Below are positions 15,857-27,291 of a stretch of DNA of 64,000 nucleotides, one piece after another (within the stretch, counting starts at the first letter, position 1; each line of letters begins with the position of its first letter). The notes beneath the pieces are model-generated. The model was not told the origin of the DNA. It saw only the letters and a program-made list of their open reading frames with translations, and did no database searches. Both the position numbers and the translations under genes were made by a program. Origin of the DNA: the human T2T-CHM13v2.0 reference genome, Homo sapiens; NCBI RefSeq assembly GCF_009914755.1, contig NC_060929.1, one strand, 5' to 3'.

Positions 15857-16062
15857 ATGGTGGCATGGCAAATATTTAATGGTCAGCTCTCTGGCAACAG
15901 AACAGAAGCCTTGCTTTGTACCGGCTCCAATTTCTGTGGTGTAAATACTCCCACCATGGCTGACATCCGCCTACCAATGTGAAATCCCTGAGTGTGAAGT
16001 TGGGAAGAGAAGTGCACAAGTGTTCTTGCAAGTTTATGTGAGCCAGCTCCAGCGCACCACTG
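15857..16062 (-). mobile_element. MER63A-like hAT-Blackjack MITE
   Basis: gtggtgtaaatactcccaccatggc...gttgggaagaga...gagccagctccagcgcaccactg. Confidence 0.75.
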
Positions 16063-16086
16063 TCTCTATTCCTCCCCACTACCTAG

Positions 16087-16138
16087 AATGTTCTTTACTT
16101 TCTCCACACCTAAATGTTCTTTACTTTCTCCACACCTA
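16087..16138. repeat. Perfect 26-bp tandem duplication
   Basis: aatgttctttactttctccacaccta x2. Confidence 0.95.
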
Positions 16139-16679
16139 CTCTTCCTTCCATACTCAGCAACTCTGACACCCCCAAACCTCCATCCCCAATTCAATCTGAG
16201 TTCTACGCCTCTTGTCTGTGTTCTATTTTGCACCTTGGAAGGTTTTGATCTTTCTTTCTTTTAACAAGTACGTATTGGGTGCTCTCTGTGTTTCACACAT
16301 TAGCTTACGTCTGGGAGAAACACTGTTGAAGAGAGCAAATTACTCAGGCTTCAGGCACATTTGCTTAGCCTCTTACAAAGGCAGACAAGCAGTAAATGTG
16401 GTAAGTGCTATAACTGGGCTAAGAACAGAGGACGGGCACCGACATGGAGCATAGCCTGCAACTATAATTATTGCACTGAGAGAGTAAAATTAGAAGAAAT
16501 CCAAACTGTGAGGAACAAAATCATCCTTTTTTTTAAAATATGATTCACCCTCAAAAAGATGAGTGGCTATGCCAGATCCAGCCTAGGGAAATGCAGTGAA
16601 TTGGTGTAGCAAAGGACTTTTAATCAGACTAGCAGTAGACCAATGAGAGATATTGCCTTCACCTTTCCCACATGCTGCC

Positions 16680-17479
<800 letters not shown>

Positions 17480-17773
17480 GTGACCCTGGATGAGGCCTCA
17501 AGGAGGCAAGACTGGATTGTGACTGCCAATAAGAAAATGTACCCCTGGGAGGCACTTGTTCTGCTATTCCTTCAAGCTTCTCTCTCTGCCTTAAATCTGT
17601 CTGCATTCCCAGATGTCACCAAGCCCATGGGGCTTACAAATAGAAATAAGAGGAAGTCCCTATGCAGGGACTTACCATTTACTTGAAACAAATGAATCCA
17701 AAAAACGTGATAGAAAACTACCAGCTAAACTGGGGAAACAAAGGAGGAATTAGTCAATTGTATAGAAGGGTAA

Positions 17774-18120
<347 letters not shown>

Positions 18121-18169
18121 AATAATAATTAATTCTTATTAAGCAACTTAGATATTTCTTTTTGCCTGT

Positions 18170-18370
18170 GTTTATCTCATTTAATTCTCTTCTACAACTA
18201 TAAAGAGATAGAAGCCTTTGTTCTCCTCATTCTTCAGATGAGAAAACTGAGATTTTATGTATTAAGAAATTGTGTAGCTTGCCCAAGTTCACATATCTAG
18301 GAGTTGCAGTCCATTTTACTCCAGTAAAAGTCAGAAGTTGAGTCTGTTTTACTCCAAATCCCAGTCTCCA
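18170..18370 (-). mobile_element. MIR
   Basis: atctcatttaattctc...cagatgagaaaactgag...ttgcccaagttcaca. Confidence 0.65.
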
Positions 18371-18562
18371 CAAGCCTTCTTGAGATAAGTGTTAAAATTG
18401 TTTGACACTTAATATCACAAAGAAAAATAATACAGAAGTTTCTACCTGAATTTTAAAAATATATTTTTGAAATTACATGGAATCCTGTTCCTAAGTAAGC
18501 ACTGCAAAAATCAACCAACCAACTAAACAAACTCAAATGTTTAGTCAATTAAAACTTTGTGG

Positions 18563-18871
<309 letters not shown>

Positions 18872-19247
18872 TCATAGTAGGCATATTACAGGCTTAAAAT
18901 TATTAAGAGAGAAATTTATTTAACTTTATTTAATCTATTTTCCTCCAAACTTACTTGGACCTAGATCTGTTTTGGGAGAAAACCTCATTACATAATATGA
19001 AATTAATATACTATAAAACACTCTTGGGGAAATGCTTCTCTTTTGTAAAGAAAGCATGAAACTTTGAAAGTGAGTGCAAATTAAAATCAATCAATGCATG
19101 TATACTGTGTGCCTCCAACCTACTAAGCGTTGTTCTATGGGCTATTTAGGGGCAGTGAAAACGAAGTAGCAGGCAGAATTCAAGTCTCAAGTAATTTAAA
19201 AACTACAGCAATAAAAGACAATAATTAAGACCCCCTCTTGTGCATTA

Positions 19248-19612
19248 CAGATGCTCCTCAACTTATGATAGGGTCATGTCCCAGTAAACTCATCATAAGT
19301 TGAAAATATCAAAAGGAGAAAATGCATTTAAAATACAAACGTACTGAGCATCATTGTTTAGCCTAGCCTACCTTAAATGTGCTCAGAATACTTCCATTTG
19401 CCTATAGTTGGGCAAAATCATCTAATACAAAGCCTATTTTATAATTAAGTGTTGAATATATCATGTAATTTTTGAATACTGTACTGAAAATGAAAAACAG
19501 AATGATTGTATGGGCACTTGAAGTAAGGTTTCCACTGAATGTGTATTGCTTTGACACCACTGTAAAGTTATAAAATCTAAAGTCGAGCTATCATAAGTTG
19601 GGGACCATTCGT
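19248..19612 (+). mobile_element. MER47A (TcMar-Tigger) MITE
   Basis: TA|cagatgctcctcaacttatgat...tagcctagcctaccttaaa...atcataagttggggacc; terminal inverted repeats. Confidence 0.85.
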
Positions 19613-19772
19613 GTGTTAAGATAGTCTCTATGGTAGCCTCTTCCATGGTTACAAAGATCAATAAAAACAGTTCCTGCATGCAAGGAACTTATAGTCTAGA
19701 AATGGGGAGTTCAAGGATGAGGGAAGATTAGCGAGTTGGAAAAATCAAGACAGATTTTTTTGAATAAGGTAG

Positions 19773-20108
<336 letters not shown>

Positions 20109-20518
20109 ATTTTTTTAAATTTTCTAACAAATAAAAATTTAAGGCTTTTGTGTAAGTAAAGAGTATCTATAACAGAAAATGAATTGCTATCTAGAATATA
20201 TAAAAACTTCCTACAAATAAATAATACAAACAAAAAAATTCAATTAAAAAATAGAGGAAATGACAGGCAATCATACAGAGACTATACAAACTGTCAATAA
20301 ACACTTGAAAAAATGCTCAATATCATTAATAATCAGGGAATTACAGACAAAAACAAGATGAATACTTTACACCTAGCTGGTTGAAAAAAAATTAAAGACG
20401 AATGGTATATACTGTTGGGAATGTTGCAGGGAATTAGGTATTCTCAAAAACAGTGGAGTATAAAATGATAAAGTAAATTTGAGAGCAATTTGCTTGTATC
20501 TATCAAATTTTTAAATTT

Positions 20519-20556
20519 GCCAGTTCCCTGTGAGCCAGCCAGTTCCCTGTGAGCCA
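20519..20556. repeat. Perfect 19-bp tandem duplication
   Basis: gccagttccctgtgagcca x2. Confidence 0.95.
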
Positions 20557-20793
20557 GTCAATTCACTTCCCAAAGAAACTGCTGAAACTGTGTATAAAGT
20601 TGTGCATTTGTTGTAAATTGTTTTAATCACAAAACATTTTGCAAAAGCCAACATGATTGCAGAAGTACGGTTAACACTTATTATACTGCATTCATTCAAT
20701 ATCATTCTCTGCAGTGGCTAAACAGAATGAGCTATATCTCTTTCCATGACAAAGAAAAAAAGCTCTTCAAGACAAGTAGAAAAATTAAGTTGT

Positions 20794-21087
<294 letters not shown>

Positions 21088-21098
21088 TCAAGTTGTAA

Positions 21099-21492
<394 letters not shown>

Positions 21493-22122
21493 TAATGCAA
21501 GACATTCCCACAAAGTTATTAACACTAGTTACCTCTGGGACGAAGAGTGGAATTAGGGGTCAGGATAGGTAAGAATTTTCACATTTTACTTTATGTACTA
21601 ATATATGTCTTAAATCATTTGCGCTGAGAATATATTCATATAGTATTTATGTACTTTCTAAGAAAAAGAAAAAGAGGTATTCAAAAGAAGGGATTAATAT
21701 GAATGAATACAAGCTAAGAATGAGTTTGTTTGCATGGCACAGTGAGGCATCTCATCTAATTATGGTCTAGAATGCTTCTAGGTAGAAAGGGGAATTAAAA
21801 TTTTACAGGAAAAATGGATCTAAATTAAAGTGAAATTTGGAACTAGAAAGAAGAGTTAAGGTTTCATCCTGTAGCTTTAGTATTACCTAGGTTAGTTAAG
21901 ATGCTAGAAAGGGCCATAAAACCTCAACACCACCCCTGTGCCGTCACATTTGACCTTAGTAACCTAACGGGGGGTATGGTAAGAACCAAAATGTGACAAA
22001 TCCACAAAACATCACCTAAAGTTCTCCTTCAGCTTGTCAAGTTTATTCAAAGTTGACTTTGGTTTTTTACAGTAGACCTATCAGAAGAGGTCAGAAAAGT
22101 AGGATTAGTTTCCAAAGGCAGC

Positions 22123-22414
22123 TTTTTCTTTTCTTTTTTAAGAAACAGGGTCTCCCTCTGTCATCTCAACTAGAGTGCAGTGGTATAGTTACAGTACACT
22201 GCAGCCTCAAACTCCTGTGCTCAAGAGATCCTCCCAAGTAGCTAGCACTACAGGTATTCACCCACATGCCCAGCTAATTTTTATTTTATTTTTTGTAGAG
22301 ACAGGGGTCTTGCAATATTGCCAAGGCTGGTTTTGAACTCCTGACCTCAAGCAACCCTCCCACCTCAACCTCCCAAAGTGCTGGGATTACAGGCATGAGC
22401 CGCCCCACCAGCCA
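22123..22414 (-). mobile_element. AluJ
   Basis: cagggtctc...cactgcagcctcaaactcctgtgctcaag; TSD gcagcttt. Confidence 0.9.
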
Positions 22415-23164
22415 AGCAGCTTTATAAGGAAAGAATTGCACACGTCCCTCTACTTAGAAGAAGGTAGTTGGGCCCTTAGCAGGCATTTTGAATTTTACGG
22501 ATTTCTTTCCATTACAGAACCACCGCAAGCAGAAGCTATATCAATCTCATAATTAGAAAGAACTTTTCAGATCATCTTCCTTCCAGTGGCTCTCCATTTT
22601 TCTCAGATGAAATCCCACTTCCTCACCTTTGTTTAAAGGCCCTTTGTGGTGTCTTCTCACAGCAATGCCTCGGCCCCTACCTTGTCCCTCCTTCACTGAT
22701 TCTGCCACAAAAGCAAACTGTCCCAGTGCTGTTTCCACATCCCAGCAAGGATGGTAGGCATTCCCATGGGCATTTACCACTGATGACACTATCATGCATA
22801 TGGCAAAGAAGGCTGTTCCCCTCTTTGCTAATCCTGCCTCCTATCCTCTTCTTAATAACCATGGAATAGCAGAGGTCAGGCTTGTACTTTTCTTAAGACT
22901 GTACTAATGGCTGGGTCATTTGGGAAAGGAAGTTGAATGCAAGAAAGGGAAATATAACTGCCACTAGCAGAGGCTATTTTGAGAGTCCACAGGCTTCAGC
23001 CCTCCTCAAAATCCATCATAGGGCTTCTTGTCGGCTTCACTCCTGGCCTGCAGCCATTGGCGGGGCGGTTTACTTCCTCGTGTGGCTTCTGTACATATTT
23101 ATTCCTTTAAGTTCAATTCAATTGCTGAAAGGTTTCAAGAGAGAAAAAAACTTCTTGTAGTCCA

Positions 23165-23375
23165 TGTCTCACCTTAGATGAATTAACCCCTTTGAGCCTG
23201 TTTCCTCTTTTGTAAAATGAGAAAAATAACAGCTAGTATATACGGGTTATTGTGAATATTAAATGAGTAACTATATGTAAAGCTTTTAGAACAGTTTCTA
23301 CCAGTTCTGGATAAATGTTAATGAATTCTGGATAAGTTCTGGATAAATATTAAGTTCTGGATAAATGTTAGTTAT
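23165..23375 (+). mobile_element. MIR
   Basis: gagcctgtttcctcttttgtaaaatgag...gggttattgtgaatattaaatgag...atgtaaagcttttagaacag. Confidence 0.75.
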
Positions 23376-24824
23376 TAATACCCACATCACATTATTGAAC
23401 TTAATGCCGCATGTCCATTACCTTATACTTCCGCAGTTGGGCCTTTTGGCACAGGCAAAAAATTTATATTTTTCACTAATAAATTATATCTGGTGGCTTT
23501 GAATCATTATTCTAAACCGGTGGAATTTTTTCAGTAGAGTCTATCATCCAACATGTAGATTATTATCTTCAATTTAGTTTGGGATACCACCTGAGTTCTC
23601 CCTCACTGTAAATATTGATTTTATTTATTTAACAAATTGGTGAAGGGCCTCTTATGTGCCACGTTCCTGAATGCATGTGTGTGTATGTTGTATACTCATG
23701 AGTGTTTAAGGAGAGATAGAACTGTTTCATCTCAAAGGCGCATATAGTTTTTGATAAGGGAAGTATGTTGAGCACACATAATATAAACATTTAAATATTC
23801 GGAGATGGGGCAAGGTAAAGAAAGGATCCTGGATATGGGCTGACTTACTTTGAGCAAAGTGCTCCATAAGGATCTAGCCTGGAAGATCCTTGGAAGGATC
23901 TACGTTGGTATAGTTTTTAATTAGAGAAATTTATCTTGCAGAAATACATACTAGATAGGTTTTTATTTTTTAATCTTACTCCTTCAAATGTACAAATATT
24001 TATTAAATACATCACACCTTAAGGGCATGAACAGGGTGAGGTTAGCTTTGTTTAACCAAAACAGGGCAGCCCATGAAGCTTAAAAAAAAATCAAATATAG
24101 GACAAGTCACAAGAAGGCCTATTTTAAGGAGTGAGTAGTAAACTAAGAGCTCATCCAGACAAAAAAATATTTGGTAGCTTTAAAACTATTTCACATTTAT
24201 TTGTAGTAAGGGTTCTACTTGGAAGATGCAAGCCTTGTGGCTAGATAACTATAAAATAAATTCTTGTGAGTTAATAGACTTTCAGCCTTTCAGAGAAATT
24301 AAAGCACATAATGGAAGAAGAAATACTCATGATTCTCAGTGGTGATGTGGAAGAGAAGAGAGCATTTTTGGCAGCCAAAGGGCCTACACAAAGCAACATA
24401 TCCAGGAAGGACAAAGGGCTTGAACCTGTCCTACCCTAAACAGGAAGCATTTCAGGAGAGGACTGAGCAGGAGATATAGACTGTTGTGACTGTGGCTTTA
24501 CTACATCAAAGGCTGCAGTGGATCTCAATAATGCAGAATGTTTCCTTTTGTAACTCATAGTGAATATGACTGGACAAGGAAATTATTTTGTAATTTGTTT
24601 CCTGAAAGATAAAGGAGTTAGAACATAGGATCTTTCATTGATTCTACAGAATCTTAAGACTCCTTCAGGGATGGCAGTCATTCCTACCGTGCTGAACATC
24701 ATGTTGTCACGGTCAGAATCAGAACTAAATTGATTAAGGGTCTGAAACAGTTTGGCAACTCTTGGGCACTTATGCTGATAAGAAAAGTGATGAGACAGGG
24801 TAATGAAAAGAGGCTGCAAGAAAT

Positions 24825-24960
24825 GACCATTCGTGCATTCAGCCAACATTTAGGCCACCCTCCTGTATTCCAGGCACTGTACATGGCACTGAGTATGCAA
24901 AGCAAAAGGAGTCATGGTCTACTGGCGGGAGCCTTCTCAGTGGAGAAAAGATCAACAAGA
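24825..24960 (-). mobile_element. L2 3' end
   Basis: cattc...aacattta...ccaggcactgtacatggcactgag. Confidence 0.55.
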
Positions 24961-25064
24961 AAAGTGCCTGCTGGAGACCTCTCCTAGGGCATAAACCAAT
25001 ATAGAGGTGGGGCAGCTACGTCAGCCTGGGGTGTCCTTAGGCAGAACAGAAAGTGAGAATCAGA

Positions 25065-25232
25065 GCAGTATCTCATTTCTGAACACCTGGATTGTAGCTT
25101 TCCCTTGACTGTCAAAGGAGGTGGTTTTAAAAATCAAGCCAAACAGGTTTCCATCTTTTAGGAAGACCCTGGAACGTGCCAGTTGATTCTGACCATTTCT
25201 CATGAACAGAAACACCTAGGAAGGGAGAACTG
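25065..25232 (+). other. PARP8: Candidate upstream non-coding first exon of PARP8 (5' boundary unknown)
   Basis: Strong donor CTG|GTGAGT at 25232/25233; candidate acceptor tcttttccag|G at 26250/26251 lies 11 nt before the ATG; I recall PARP8 having alternative 5' exons. Confidence 0.45.
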
Positions 25233-26060
25233 GTGAGTTTCAAGAGGAGGAAGTCCCTCAAAAGGGGCTGTGTTTCGTAAACGGCGCCCCAAAAGGGCTG
25301 AACTACTTCGATCTGGAGGAAAAAGACTCAGGCACTGAGGGAAGGGGAGGGTGCACGTCTGGAGTAATTTTAAGGCCTTTTCCGTGTTATGTGATGTGGC
25401 AATAAGGAAAGATTTGTTCGTTTTATTATTTTTTTAATTTTTAAAGATTTTCTTTTCCCCCCTTTTCCCCCTCCCAGCCACTCCGGTTTGGGTTTGCCAC
25501 AAGACTACAATTCCTTTAGAAAGTGGAGTCGAATTCATAAAAGTGATGGGGGGAGGGGCGCGGAGAGGGAAGGCTGGGAGCCCCAGGGAGTCTTCACGAC
25601 CGCTCAGCTCCCGGCGCGAGTGGAGGTCGGTGTGGGGAGAAGCGGCTCCCGCCCGGGATGGCTAATACTCTGCGAGCCCCGGCAGCCCGCGGCCGGCGGG
25701 GTGACTAGGCGGCGGGCGCGGAGGGTCTGCGGCGGGCGGGCGGCGCTGCAGCAGCCTGGGCACGGCTGCCGCCGCCCGCGGGCGCGAGTGTGCGCGGGTG
25801 TGGAAGGCCGGCGTGCGAGCCGTGAGGGGTGTGCGCGCGTGAGCCGGAGCGGGGCTCGCCCCTCGCCGGCGCCCGCCGCCCAGCCGGTGATTGCTCTCTG
25901 GCTGTCCCCGGCACCTCGGCCCCCACGGCCGTTGGTCCGGGCGGGTGAGGGAGAAAGTGAGACTTGGTGTCATCACCATCCATTGTCAGAAGGGGAGGAA
26001 ATTGGAATCCAGCAGCGGCGAGCAGCAGCTGGGCGGTCACATCTGGGAATGCAAAGCCGA

Positions 26061-26102
26061 CCTCCCCCTCCTCCTCCTCCTCCTCCCCCTCCTCCTCCTC
26101 CT
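26061..26102 (+). repeat. (CCT)n trinucleotide repeat in the 5' leader
   Basis: 14 CCT/CCC triplets. Confidence 0.95.
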
Positions 26103-26261
26103 CTTCTCTCACCCAGGATCACTTCCGAAACCACTTCGCCTTCAGCCCCTGCCTCGGCCAGAGGTTTCATTTTTAACTGAATATTTACGAAAGCTGGAAG
26201 CGTGCGAGGGGGGTGGGGTGGGGTGGAAATAGCGGCTGCTTCTTTTCCAGGGATTTATTTA

Positions 26262-26352
26262 ATGGGGATGTGTTCAAGGCAAGAGCGAATTCAGAAGGAT
26301 ATCGACGTCGTGATCCAGAAGTCCAGAGCTGAGAAGGACTGCCTGTTTGCAG
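26262..26352 (+). CDS. PARP8: PARP8 (ARTD16, mono-ADP-ribosyltransferase) coding exon 1
   Basis: Translates MGMCSRQERIQKDIDVVIQKSRAEKDCLFA, the N-terminus I recognise as human PARP8; ends at donor CAG|GTGAGT; 91 nt, phase 1. Confidence 0.95.
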
Positions 26353-27236
26353 GTGAGTTCTTGCTTTTCCAGAACCTCGGACCCAGCGCCCCCTTCCCAG
26401 TTTTCTGACCGCGACGTCTGTGGCTGGGGGTGGGGTGGAGGGTTGCACGTCCCCATTCTGGGGTTCATTTGGCAACAGCTGCTGCAACGAGCGCGGGAGC
26501 CAAAAGGGGGAGGGGGCGCCAGCCTCTCCCCTTCCCCTCCCCCACCGCCAAGTCTGAGGCAGCCACTAGCTTTGAGGGCAGAGCCCGCGTGGCCGGAGCG
26601 GGGGTCTAGGCGAAGGGGCAGTGCGTGGTATTTCCAGCCCCGCGTAGTGCCCGAAGCCTCCAAGCACGCTTCCTGGGTTCCAGCAGCGGCGGCAGAGCGG
26701 GGTTGGTTTGCGCAATGGGCTGAGCGGCGGCGGCCGGGAATGGAGCCTGCTGCGCTGCGCTGCGCTTGTAAGCTGCGCCCGGCGCCGAGGACCCCCGGGG
26801 GGCAGCGCTCGGCCCATCTCCGGCCCCTTCGGCTCCCTCTAGTCCCCTCCGACTGGCAAAGAGAAGGGATTCCTCGGATTCCCAAGGCACCCAGCGCCCC
26901 TGCCTGGGGGTCGCCTTTCGTCCATTTTGCTCCCCCGGGATTTTGCTTTCGCTACCGCGAGCCCGGCTGAGGCTGCTTCCGGCCTCCCCGATCGGGAAAT
27001 TCCCGCTGTTGCCATGGCACCCGGCACTTGTTGCGGGGGGCGGCCTCCCGCTGCACCCAGTCGGGGGCGCGCCGCATCCCCTCGGACGCGGCGCAGAGGG
27101 ACCTCGCCGCCCTCTAGCCCTTGCCTTCTGCCCGGCCAGGCCTCCCCTGACACCACCGAATGTGGGGCTCAAGTCCTGATCGGGGTTAAAACAAATCCAC
27201 TCCAGGGGTAGCTTTTGACGGGACTTTCTGTTTCAG

Positions 27237-27291
27237 ATTTCAGATACTCTGACTCCACCTTTACTTTTACCTACGTTGGCGGCCCCAGAAG
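27237..27291 (+). CDS. PARP8: PARP8 coding exon 2
   Basis: ttctgtttcag| acceptor and AAG|GTATTT donor; continues in frame as DFRYSDSTFTFTYVGGPR(S); 55 nt. Confidence 0.95.

Larger units (their letters stand above)
25540..27190 (+). promoter_or_regulatory. PARP8: CpG island / PARP8 promoter spanning exon 1 and intron 1
   Basis: Very GC- and CpG-rich; GC boxes (GGGCGG); ETS-like CACTTCCG at ~26120. Confidence 0.93.

Noticed and set aside
22955-22978. CTCF-like ccactagcagaggc
   Set aside because: Spacing does not fit the CCASYAGRKGGC core
25488-27211. Long GC-rich ORFs (230, 207, 203, 188 aa) on both strands
   Set aside because: Expected stop depletion in a CpG island and mostly non-ATG starts; only the ATG-initiated 26049-26180 part and the PARP8 exon are kept
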